From Actinomycetota bacterium (GTDB lineage Bacteria; Actinomycetota; UBA4738; HRBIN12), in contig DATHVC010000264.1 in NCBI GenBank assembly GCA_035461565.1, positions 1-39,406 on the forward strand: a stretch of DNA of 39,406 nt. Reading direction: 5' to 3'. Within the stretch, counting starts at the first letter, position 1, and each line of letters opens with the position of its first letter. The notes under the pieces were generated by a model that saw only the letters and a program-made list of their open reading frames with translations, searched no databases and was not told where the DNA came from. The position numbers and the translations under genes were made by a program. This document shows, piece after piece, positions 23,258 to 31,972 of the stretch.

Positions 23258-24484
23258 TCAGACCATGTGGACGGGTTTGGCCTCGAGGGCATCGAGGAAC
23301 TGGCGGATCCCGATCGCCGCCGCGGCCCCTTCGCCGACCGCCGACGCGAGCTGTTTGGTCGAACCCGAGCGAACGTCGCCGGCCGCGAAGACGCCCGGCA
23401 TGCTGGTCATCAACCCCATGCCCGTCACGATCAGCCCGCGCTCGTCCAGGTCCACCATCCCCCTCACGAACTCGGTGTTCGGGTCCAGCCCGATGAACAC
23501 GAAACACGCGGCGGGATGCAGCTCCTGCGTCTCGCCCGTCGTCTCGTCCCGCAGGACGACGGCCCCGAGCTTGCCGCTCTCGTCTCCCTTGGCGCGGAAC
23601 TCGACCACCTCGCGGTTCAACAGGACCCGCATCTTGTGATGGGACAGGACCTTGTCCTGGAGGAGTCGGCTCGCCGTGAGACGATCGCCGCGCTGGGCGA
23701 TCGTGACGCGGTCCACGAACTCAGTCAGGAACAGGCCCTCCTCGAGCCCGCTGTTCCCGCCGCCGAGCACGACAAGCTCCTCGGCGCCTTTGTAGAACGG
23801 CCCGTCGCACGTGGCACAGAAGTGGACCCCGGCGCCGATCAGTTCGTCTTCGCCGGGCGCACCGGTGCGCCGGTAGGTGGAGCCGGTCGCGATGAGCAAG
23901 GCGCGGGCGTGGTAGTGGTCGCCGGTGGCGCACACGATCTCGCACCGTTCCCCGTCCGTGGAGATCTGCGTGACCGAGACGGCCTGGAGCAGCTCGACGC
24001 CGACCCGGCGGGCCTGCTCGACGATGCGGTCGGCCAGCTCCGCCCCGGCGATGCCCTCCGGGAACCCCGGGTAGTTGTCGAGCCGTTCGGTCACGCCGGC
24101 CTGCCCCCCCAGGCCTTTGCTGTCGATGACCAGGACCTCGAGGTTCTCGCGAGCCGCGTAGATCGCCGTGGTGAGGCCGGCCGGCCCGCCGCCCACGACG
24201 ATCAGGTCGTAGACGTGCATCATGGCCGACCGCTCCAGCCCGATCTTGGCGGCCAGCTCCTCGTTCGACGGTTCGGCAAGGTGGCTGCCGTCGGGGAACA
24301 GGATCGTCGGGATGATGTTCTTGCCGTCGTTGCGCGCCTGGACGATGCGAACGCCGTCTGGATCGACCTCGATGTCGTGCCACTCGTACGGCACCCGCTG
24401 GTCCCCGAGGAACCGCTTGGCCCGACGGCAGTCGGGGCACCAGGTCGCCCCGTACACCTTGATCAAGTCGTCCACGAACCCCAC
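23258..24484 (-). CDS. trxB: Fusion protein: an N-terminal glutaredoxin/NrdH-like domain (WCPDC) joined to a low-Mr thioredoxin-disulfide reductase.
   Basis: N-domain: IKVYGATWCPDCRRAKRFL...IPTILFPDG. TrxR part: DLIVVGGGPAGLTTA, active site CATCDG, VLGGGNSGLEEG and GVFAAGDV. The start is uncertain, either GTG 24484 or GTG 24550. Confidence 0.85.
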   Translation of the reverse strand: MGFVDDLIKVYGATWCPDCRRAKRFLGDQRVPYEWHDIEVDPDGVRIVQARNDGKNIIPTILFPDGSHLAEPSNEELAAKIGLERSAMMHVYDLIVVGGGPAGLTTAIYAARENLEVLVIDSKGLGGQAGVTERLDNYPGFPEGIAGAELADRIVEQARRVGVELLQAVSVTQISTDGERCEIVCATGDHYHARALLIATGSTYRRTGAPGEDELIGAGVHFCATCDGPFYKGAEELVVLGGGNSGLEEGLFLTEFVDRVTIAQRGDRLTASRLLQDKVLSHHKMRVLLNREVVEFRAKGDESGKLGAVVLRDETTGETQELHPAACFVFIGLDPNTEFVRGMVDLDERGLIVTGMGLMTSMPGVFAAGDVRSGSTKQLASAVGEGAAAAIGIRQFLDALEAKPVHMV

Positions 24485-24600
24485 CCCTCGCGTCTCGGGT
24501 CCTGGCTCGGTCCCCCCGAACGGCCCGAGCGTTACACACCCGGCCGGCACGCGCCCCGCAGTCGACCGCGGGTCGGGCCAGCGGCTACCGTGGAGGGGCC

Positions 24601-26112
24601 GTGCTGGAGATCTCGGACCTCGCGCCCCACGTGACCGAACGTTTGGGGGCGCTGGATAACGAGCACGTCCTCGCGCGGATCCGCGCCGGAGACCACGCGG
24701 TCTGGAGCGACGACCCCACCGAGATCACCAACCGCCTCGGCTGGTTGACCGTCCACGAGCTGATGCGGGAGCGGATCGGAGAGCTGGAGGCGTTCGCGGC
24801 CGGGGTGTCAGCCGAAGGCGTCCACACCGCGGTCCTGTTGGGGATGGGTGGGTCCTCGCTCGCGCCGGAGGTGTTCGCGAACACGTTCGGCGGCGGCGCG
24901 ATCCGGCTGATCGTGCTCGACACCACGCACCCCGCCACCGTCGACCGCGTCACGCGGGCACTCGATCTCGACGCGACGGTGTTCCTCGTGGCGAGCAAGT
25001 CGGGGACCACGATCGAGACGACCTCGCATCTGGCCCACTTCTGGGAGCTGGTCGGGAGCGGCGACCGGTTCGTCGCGATCACCGACCCGGGCACCCCCCT
25101 CGAGTCCCTCGCCGCGGAACGCGAGTTCGGAACGGTGTTCGCCAACCCCGAAGACGTCGGCGGACGATTCTCGGCGTTGTCGCTGTTCGGCCTGGTGCCG
25201 GCCGCCTTGGTGGGCGCGCCGCTCGCCGCGCTGCTCGACGCGGCCCGGCAGATGGCCGGCGCGCCCGACGCGGCGAGGCAGAACCCGGGGGCCGTCCTCG
25301 GCGCCGTGATGGGCGAGGCGGCGCTTCGGGGACGCGACAAGCTCACGATGCTCTTGGAGGGGATCACGTCGTTCGGGGACTGGACCGAGCAGCTCGTCGC
25401 CGAATCCACGGGCAAAGACGACGTGGGCATCGTGCCCGTGGTCGGCGAGCCGCTCGCCGCGCCCGAGGTCTACGGGGACGACCGGCTGTTCGTGGCCGTC
25501 GGGGACGTCGCGGGGATCGATCCCCTCGTGGCGGCCGGACATCCGGTCGTGCGGATCCCGTTCGGCGGCCCGGAGGAGCTCGGCGGAGAGTTCTACCGGT
25601 GGGAGCTCGCCACCGCCGTGGCCGGCCACGTGCTCGGCATCAACCCGTTCGACCAACCGAACGTGCAGGAGGCCAAAGACGCGACCAACGAGATCCTGGC
25701 CGGCGCGACCGTCGCTCCCGCCGGATTCGACGAACCGGCGGCCGTGCTCGACCGGATCCGGCCGGGGGACTACGTCGCCCTCCAGGCCTACCTGGACCGG
25801 ACGCCCGAGACCGAAGACGCGCTCGGGCGGATCCGCGTGGCGATCCGCGACCGGCACCGAGTGGCGACCACCGCCGGCTTCGGGCCGCGGTTCCTGCACT
25901 CGACCGGCCAGCTCCACAAGGGCGGCGCGAACAACGGCGTGTTCCTGCAGATCGTGGACGACGCACGGTTCGTCGACATGCCGATCCCCGGCCGGGACCT
26001 GACGTTCGGGACGTTGATCGACGCTCAGGCCCTGGGCGACCTCCGGTCGCTCCGAACCCGAGGACGCCGGGTGGCCCGGACCACGCTCGACGCGCTGATG
26101 GAGGTGATCTGA
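24601..26112 (+). CDS. pgi: Glucose-6-phosphate isomerase.
   Basis: Motifs seen: LLGMGGSSLAPEV, LVASKSGTTIETTSH, GGRFSALS and FDQPNVQEAK. Confidence 0.85.
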   Translation: MLEISDLAPHVTERLGALDNEHVLARIRAGDHAVWSDDPTEITNRLGWLTVHELMRERIGELEAFAAGVSAEGVHTAVLLGMGGSSLAPEVFANTFGGGAIRLIVLDTTHPATVDRVTRALDLDATVFLVASKSGTTIETTSHLAHFWELVGSGDRFVAITDPGTPLESLAAEREFGTVFANPEDVGGRFSALSLFGLVPAALVGAPLAALLDAARQMAGAPDAARQNPGAVLGAVMGEAALRGRDKLTMLLEGITSFGDWTEQLVAESTGKDDVGIVPVVGEPLAAPEVYGDDRLFVAVGDVAGIDPLVAAGHPVVRIPFGGPEELGGEFYRWELATAVAGHVLGINPFDQPNVQEAKDATNEILAGATVAPAGFDEPAAVLDRIRPGDYVALQAYLDRTPETEDALGRIRVAIRDRHRVATTAGFGPRFLHSTGQLHKGGANNGVFLQIVDDARFVDMPIPGRDLTFGTLIDAQALGDLRSLRTRGRRVARTTLDALMEVI

Positions 26113-27117
26113 TTGCAGCTCGGGATGGTCGGCCTCGGTCGTATGGGGGCCAACCTGTCGCGGCGGCTGATCGCCGCCGGTCACGAGATCGTGGGGTACG
26201 ACGTGGAACCGGACGCCGTCGCCGCCGTGGAGCCCCATGGGGTCAGCGGGGCGGCGTCGCTCGAGGAGCTGGTCGGCAAGCTCACACCCCCACGAGCGTG
26301 TTGGGCCATGGTCCCAGCGGCGTTCGCCGTCTCGACCACCGATGAGGTCGCCGCGCTCCTGGAATCCGACGACGTGGTGATCGACGGGGGGAACACGTTC
26401 TACCGGGAGGCCCTGGACCGGTCCGAGCGGTACGCGGAACGCGGCGTGCACTTCGTGGACGTCGGCGTCAGCGGTGGCGTGTTCGGTCTCGAGCGCGGGT
26501 TCTGCCTGATGATCGGCGGCGAAGACGACATCGTTCTCCGGCTGGATCCGATCTTCAACGCGCTCGCGCCGGGAGTGAACGCCGCGCCCCGCACCCGCGA
26601 GCGACGGGGTGGATCGACCGCGGAGGCGGGCTACCTGCACTGCGGGCCCGCCGGTGCCGGGCACTTCGTGAAGATGGTGCACAACGGGATCGAATACGGG
26701 CTCATGGCCGCGTACGCCGAGGGGTTCAACCTCCTGAGCCACGCCAACGATGGCGCCCTCGAACGGCAGGTCGACGCGGAGACGGCCCCGCTGGCCGAAC
26801 CCCGCCGCTACCGGTACGACCTGGACGTGGCCGAGATCGCCGAGCTCTGGCGGCGAGGCAGCGTGGTGTCGTCGTGGCTGCTCGACCTCACGGCCGCCGC
26901 CCTGGCCGAAGACCCGAGCCTGGAGGCGTTCGGCGGCCGGGTGGCCGACTCCGGCGAGGGGCGGTGGACCGTGCAGGCGGCTGTGGACGTGGGGGTGCCC
27001 GCGTCGGTGCTCTCGGCGGCGTTGTTCGACCGGTTCGCGTCGCGGGATCGGGACGAGTTCGCCCACAAGGTGCTCTCCGCGCTTCGCAGCCGCTTCGGCG
27101 GCCACGTCGAGCTGTAG
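26113..27117 (+). CDS. gnd: 6-phosphogluconate dehydrogenase, short decarboxylating (YqeC/Gnd-like) type.
   Basis: Motifs seen: MQLGMVGLGRMGANL (TTG start directly after the pgi stop), GGNTFY, VDVGVSGGVFG and HFVKMVHNGIEYGLM. Confidence 0.85.
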   Translation: MQLGMVGLGRMGANLSRRLIAAGHEIVGYDVEPDAVAAVEPHGVSGAASLEELVGKLTPPRACWAMVPAAFAVSTTDEVAALLESDDVVIDGGNTFYREALDRSERYAERGVHFVDVGVSGGVFGLERGFCLMIGGEDDIVLRLDPIFNALAPGVNAAPRTRERRGGSTAEAGYLHCGPAGAGHFVKMVHNGIEYGLMAAYAEGFNLLSHANDGALERQVDAETAPLAEPRRYRYDLDVAEIAELWRRGSVVSSWLLDLTAAALAEDPSLEAFGGRVADSGEGRWTVQAAVDVGVPASVLSAALFDRFASRDRDEFAHKVLSALRSRFGGHVEL

Positions 27118-27123
27118 GGGGGG

Positions 27124-27700
27124 TCACGTCCGGGGCGAGGAGTCGTCGACCCACAGGTCGGCGAAGCTCGCCGAGGACTCGCCGAACTCCCACCAGCCGT
27201 GCACCCACGGCTGGACGTAGGCCAAGCTCCGGCCGTAGGCGAGCGGGATCAGCGCGACGCGGTCGACCACCGCCATTCGGTCCGCCTCGTGATACAGGTC
27301 CAGCCGGGCGCGGTCGCTGCGCTCCTGCCGGGCGCGCTCCACGAGGTCGTCGAACGGCGGGTGGCGGAACCCGCCTTCGTTCGTCCGGCTGTCCGAGTGC
27401 AGCAGCAGGCGCAGGTAGTACTCAGGGTCGGGGTACCCCGGCAGCCAGCCGGACGGCGAGATCGGCCACTGCTCACACGGCCTCGCGAGTTGCTGGTACT
27501 CGCGCGGATCCCACGACTCCAGGGGGAACGAGAGCCCCAGAAACCTCCTCCCATGACGCGACCACCGCGCCGAGGCTGGGCGCCCACTCGTGAAAGGCGC
27601 CGACGGAGACGCCGTCGGTCACGCCCGATCGCGCCAGATGCTCGCGAGCTCGCGAACCGGCGCCGTCGGGTCCCCCACCACGGCCTCATTGTGCACACGG
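27124..27700 (-). pseudogene. Decayed 3' remnant of a family-5 (peptide/nickel, OppA/DppA-like) ABC substrate-binding protein gene.
   Basis: Only the last 130-190 codons are readable. They include GWLPGYPDPEYYLRLLLHSDSRTNEGGFRHPPFDDLVERAR, LYHEADRMAVVDRVALIPLAY and YVQPWVHGW. There is no start codon. The upstream similarity continues in two other frames (LGAVVASWEE, DPTAPVRELASIW). The 5' two-thirds of the gene are missing, and glgP starts at 27750. Confidence 0.6.
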
Positions 27701-27735
27701 GGGGAGCCTCGGCACCGGCCGCGACGCCCGCCGCG

Positions 27736-27741
27736 TAGGAT
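27736..27741 (+). promoter_or_regulatory. Candidate -10 hexamer TAGGAT, 8 nt upstream of the glgP GTG start. This suggests a leaderless or near-leaderless mRNA.
   Basis: It matches the TANNNT pattern. No SD sequence lies between it and GTG 27750. Confidence 0.25.
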
Positions 27742-27749
27742 GTGCGCCC

Positions 27750-29873
27750 GTGGGCCACGACGGACTGCGGGACCTCGAACGCGCCGCCTCCGACCTGGCC
27801 GCGCGGCTGCCCGAACCGCTGGCCCCACTGGCGCGGCTGGCGTTCAACTACCGCTGGTCGTGGGCGCCGAAGGGCCGGGCATTGTTCGAGTCGCTGGACG
27901 GGGAACGGTTCGAACGTTGCCGGGGCAACCCGGTCCGGCTCCTCCAGCAGCTCCCGGCGAGCCTCCTCCAACGGGCCGCCTCGGATCCGTGGGTCCTCGA
28001 GACGGCGGCCGAGCTCGAGGCGATGGTGGCCGACGAGCTCGGCGCGGCGGCGGTGACCCGCGGCGAGGTCGGCCCGGACCGCCCGGTGGCGTTCCTGTGC
28101 GCCGAGTTCGGGATCCACGCCTCCTTGCCCGTGTATTCGGGCGGGCTCGGCGTATTGGCGGGCGACATCCTGAAGGAGGCGTCGGATCGCCGGATCCCGC
28201 TCGTCGGCGTGGGCATCCTGTATTCGAAGGGCAGCTTCCACCAGCGCCTGGACCCGAGCGGCTGGCAACACGACTTCTGGATCGACACCGAACCGGACCG
28301 GTTGCCGGCCGCGGTCGTCACCGGCGACGACGGACACCCGTTGATCCTCCACGTGCCGCTCCGAAACGACGTCGTGCGGATCCAGGTCTGGCGGGTACAG
28401 ATCGGCCGGGTACCGCTGTTCCTGCTCGACGCCAACGTGCCGGGCAACGACGTGGCCGAACGCTGGATCACCGCGCGGCTCTACGTTGGGGACCGGCGGG
28501 TGCGGCTCGAGCAATACGCGCTGCTCGGCTTGGGAGGCATGTCGGCGCTCGAGGCGCTCGGGTTCGACCCGGCCGTCGTGCACCTCAACGAAGGGCACGC
28601 CGCGTTCGCCCCCGTCGAGCTGGCTCGGCGCGCCATGGCCGGCGGGGGCCGGCTCGAGGCCGCGGTGGCCGACGCGAAGATGCGAACCGTGTTCACCACC
28701 CACACGCCCGTGCCGGCCGGCAACGAGGCGTACGCGGCCGACGACGTGCGAGAGGTCCTTGGGCACGTCGACGACGACCTGGCCGAGGCCGTGGTGACGG
28801 CCGGAGCGACCGGCGAGGAGGGGCAGGTCGGCATGACGTCCCTGGGCCTCCGCCTGTCCAGGACCGCCACCGCAGTGAGCGAGCTGCACGGCCGGGTGGC
28901 CCGCGAGATGTGGGCACCGCTGTATCGCTCGGTGACGCCGGAGAACGTGCCGATCGGCCACGTCACCAACGGGGTGCACGTGCCGACGTGGATGTCGGCA
29001 CCGATGCGGGATCTCTTGGACCGGCACCTGGGCGACGAATGGCCGTTTCGAGCAGCCAACCGCGCGACGTGGGAGCCGGTCGACGACATCCCAGCGCACG
29101 AGCTGTGGGCGGTGCGCAACAGGCTGCGCGCGAACCTTGTCGCCTACGTGCGAGAGGCCGACGCCGCGGCCCGCCTCAACCGCTACGAAGACGGCGAGGC
29201 GGTGCAGGCGGCGTTCGAGGTGTTCGATCCGGATCGCCTCACGCTCGGGTTCGCCCGCCGGGTCGCCACGTACAAGCGGCTGTCGTTGCTGTTTCGGGAT
29301 CCCGACCGGCTGTCCGTGTTGCTCGACAAACCCGACACCGTGCAGTTCGTCCTGGCCGGCAAGGCCCATCCGCGTGACGACGAGGCCAAGGCGAGCCTGG
29401 CAGGGGTGTTCCGGCAGCCGTGGCCGACGTCCGTCGCGGCCCGGATCGCGTTCCTCGAGGATTACGACCTGGCGATGGCTTCACGGCTCGTGGCCGGGTG
29501 CGACGTCTGGGTGAACCTGCCCCGGCCTCCGATGGAGGCGAGCGGCACGAGCGGGATGAAGTCGGCGCTGAACGGCGGCATCAACCTCTCGGTCCTCGAC
29601 GGATGGTGGGCCGAGGCCTTCGACGGTTCGAACGGCTGGCGCGTCGGCGACGGGCCCAACGGCGACGAGCCCGAGGAGCGGGACGCGCGCGACGCCGAGG
29701 CGCTCTTCGACGTGCTGGAGCAGGAGGTGCTCCCGCGCTTTCACGAACGCGACGCGAACGGGGTCCCGGTGGCCTGGGTCTCGATGCTCCGGTCCTCGCT
29801 GAAGACGGCGGGGACACGGTTCGCCGGCACGCGGATGGTCCACGACTACCTCGAGGCCGTCTGGGCGCCCTGA
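27750..29873 (+). CDS. glgP: Alpha-glucan (glycogen/maltodextrin) phosphorylase, GT35, about 700-aa type.
   Basis: Motifs seen: YSGGLGVLAGDILKEASD, LNEGHAAF, FTTHTPVPAGNE, and EASGTSGMKSALNGGINLSVLDGWW (PLP lysine motif). Confidence 0.9.
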   Translation: MGHDGLRDLERAASDLAARLPEPLAPLARLAFNYRWSWAPKGRALFESLDGERFERCRGNPVRLLQQLPASLLQRAASDPWVLETAAELEAMVADELGAAAVTRGEVGPDRPVAFLCAEFGIHASLPVYSGGLGVLAGDILKEASDRRIPLVGVGILYSKGSFHQRLDPSGWQHDFWIDTEPDRLPAAVVTGDDGHPLILHVPLRNDVVRIQVWRVQIGRVPLFLLDANVPGNDVAERWITARLYVGDRRVRLEQYALLGLGGMSALEALGFDPAVVHLNEGHAAFAPVELARRAMAGGGRLEAAVADAKMRTVFTTHTPVPAGNEAYAADDVREVLGHVDDDLAEAVVTAGATGEEGQVGMTSLGLRLSRTATAVSELHGRVAREMWAPLYRSVTPENVPIGHVTNGVHVPTWMSAPMRDLLDRHLGDEWPFRAANRATWEPVDDIPAHELWAVRNRLRANLVAYVREADAAARLNRYEDGEAVQAAFEVFDPDRLTLGFARRVATYKRLSLLFRDPDRLSVLLDKPDTVQFVLAGKAHPRDDEAKASLAGVFRQPWPTSVAARIAFLEDYDLAMASRLVAGCDVWVNLPRPPMEASGTSGMKSALNGGINLSVLDGWWAEAFDGSNGWRVGDGPNGDEPEERDARDAEALFDVLEQEVLPRFHERDANGVPVAWVSMLRSSLKTAGTRFAGTRMVHDYLEAVWAP

Positions 29874-31972
29874 ACCGCTCCCGGCGCCTAGCCGCGGCGG
29901 CACTGGCGACGCTCGCCGCCGACCACGGGATCCAGCGGAGCTACGTGGACGCGCTCGGCCGTCGCCATCGGGCCCCGGATTCGGTGGTGCTCGCCACTCT
30001 GCGCGCCATGGACGTGGACGTGGACCGAGTGGAGGATGCGCCGGCGGCGCTCGAGTCCTGGCGGGCCGAGCGGTGGGGCACCCTCGCCGAGCCGGTGGTC
30101 GTCGTCTGGGACGGCGCCGGCGGGATCCCGGTCGTGCGTGTCCCGGAGGAACGGACGAGCGCCGCGCTGCGGATCGAGCTCGAGCTCGAGGACGGAACCG
30201 CGCTCGGACAGCGGCTGATGCCCGAGGACCTTCGGCCCGTCGGGAGGACGGAGATCGGCGGACGAGGCGTGGTCTCGTTGGAGCTGCCGCTGCCGCCGCT
30301 CCCGCTCGGCTACCACCGGCTGGCGCTCGGGTCGGGGCGCCGGCGGTCCGAGTCGCTCGTGATCTCGGCGCCGATGCGCGCCCGGCCGGCCCCGCGCGAG
30401 TGGGGCGTGTTCCTGCCGCTGTACGCGCTGACCACGCGCGACACCTGGGGTGTGGGCGACCTCTCGGCGCTGGCACGCCTGATCGGATGGGTGCGCGAGC
30501 TCGGCGGCGGGCTCGTGGCCACGTTGCCGCTGCACGCCGGTTTCCTCGACGAGCCGTTCGACCCGAGCCCGTATTCGCCGGCCAGCCGGCTGTTCTGGAA
30601 CGAGCTCTACCTGGACGTCGCCGCCGTGCCCGAGCTGGAACGCTCGGCTGAGGCGCGATCGCTGGCGGCGTCGCGCGGGCTCCGATCCGAACTGCGCGCG
30701 GTCCGGCGAGGCGAGCTCGTCGACGTCCGACGGGTCGCCGCGGCCAAACGGCGCGTGTTGGAGCTCTGCGCTCGAGAGCTGTACCGGCGGCCGTCGAGAC
30801 GGCGAGACGAGCTCGAGCGGTTCGCTTCGTCCGATCCTCTCCTGGACGATTACTCGAGGTTCCGGGCCGCGGGCGAACGCCACCGAACGGGGTGGTCGGT
30901 GTGGCCGGAACCCGAGCGATCGGGCGAGCTCGGGGTCACGGAGGCCGACGCCCGGTTCCGGTATCACCGCTACGCGCAGTGGCTCATGCAGGGCCAGGTC
31001 GATGCTGTTCTGGAATCGGCGGGCCGGGGCTCGCTCCTGCTGGATCTGCCGCTCGGCGTGCACCCGGACGGCTACGACGTGTGGCGGGAACGGGAGGCGT
31101 TCGCCCGGTCGGCCCGGGCCGGGGCGCCGCCCGACGCGATCTTCTCGGGCGGCCAGGACTGGGGCTTCCCACCGCTGCATCCGCAGCGGAACCGATCGCA
31201 GGGGTACCGATATTCGATCGCGTGCATCCGACACATCGCGCAACACGCGGGCGTGATCCGGATCGACCACGTGATGGGGCTCCACCGCCTGTACTGGATC
31301 CCCCAGGGGGTCGAGCGGAGCGACGGCCTCTACGTGCACTATCCCGCCGAGGAGCTGTACGCGATCCTGACGCTCGAGTCCGAACGATCGGGCGCCGCGA
31401 TCGTGGGTGAGGACCTCGGGACGGTGCCGCGGTACGTGCGTCCGGCCATGGCTCGACACGGCGTCCATCGCGCCTACGTCGCCCAGTACGAGCTGTCGGA
31501 GGACCACGGGCTCGACCGCGTACCGCCGAACGCGCTCGCCTCGGTCAACACGCACGACATGCCTCCGTTCGCCGCGTTCTGGAGCGGCGCGGACATCGAC
31601 GTGCTCGTTTCGCTCGGGGCCACGGCACCCGGCGCGGCCGAACGCGAGCGCGAGCAGCGGGCGCGTCTTCGCCGGCCGCTCGTCCGGTTCCTGCGTGAAC
31701 GCGGCCACCTCTCGCGATCCGCCGGCGTCGAGTCCGGCGATGTCCTCCGCGGGTGCCTCGACTTCCTGGCCTCGGGACCGGCCGCCGTGGTCGTGGCCAA
31801 CCTCGAGGACCTGTGGCTGGAGACCCGGCCGCAGAACGTACCCGGCACCACCTTTGAACACGCGAACTGGCGACGGCGGGCGGCGATGACGTTCGAGCAG
31901 TTCCATCGCTCGCCCGAGATCCGGGAGGCGCTCACGGCGATCGACCGCGCGCGCACGGCCTCGGTCAGCTGA
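29870..31972 (+). CDS. malQ: 4-alpha-glucanotransferase (amylomaltase, GH77). The start codon is unresolved.
   Basis: Motifs seen: WGVGDLSAL, SPYSPASRLFWNELYLD, GAPPDAIFSGGQDWGFPPL, IRIDHVMGL, VGEDLGTVP and NTHDMPP. The first canonical in-frame start is GTG 29945, which lies inside the conserved N-terminal segment. The 5' limit given here is the CTG at 29870 that overlaps the glgP stop. Confidence 0.8.
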   Translation: MNRSRRLAAAALATLAADHGIQRSYVDALGRRHRAPDSVVLATLRAMDVDVDRVEDAPAALESWRAERWGTLAEPVVVVWDGAGGIPVVRVPEERTSAALRIELELEDGTALGQRLMPEDLRPVGRTEIGGRGVVSLELPLPPLPLGYHRLALGSGRRRSESLVISAPMRARPAPREWGVFLPLYALTTRDTWGVGDLSALARLIGWVRELGGGLVATLPLHAGFLDEPFDPSPYSPASRLFWNELYLDVAAVPELERSAEARSLAASRGLRSELRAVRRGELVDVRRVAAAKRRVLELCARELYRRPSRRRDELERFASSDPLLDDYSRFRAAGERHRTGWSVWPEPERSGELGVTEADARFRYHRYAQWLMQGQVDAVLESAGRGSLLLDLPLGVHPDGYDVWREREAFARSARAGAPPDAIFSGGQDWGFPPLHPQRNRSQGYRYSIACIRHIAQHAGVIRIDHVMGLHRLYWIPQGVERSDGLYVHYPAEELYAILTLESERSGAAIVGEDLGTVPRYVRPAMARHGVHRAYVAQYELSEDHGLDRVPPNALASVNTHDMPPFAAFWSGADIDVLVSLGATAPGAAEREREQRARLRRPLVRFLRERGHLSRSAGVESGDVLRGCLDFLASGPAAVVVANLEDLWLETRPQNVPGTTFEHANWRRRAAMTFEQFHRSPEIREALTAIDRARTASVS

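Noticed and set aside
24485-24600. SigR/SigH-type promoter (GGAAT-N18-GTT) upstream of the Grx-TrxR fusion gene.
   Set aside because: There is no GGAAT on the coding strand of the spacer. Only a GTT with a poor -35 (GGTGT) at roughly the right distance is present, which is too weak to call.
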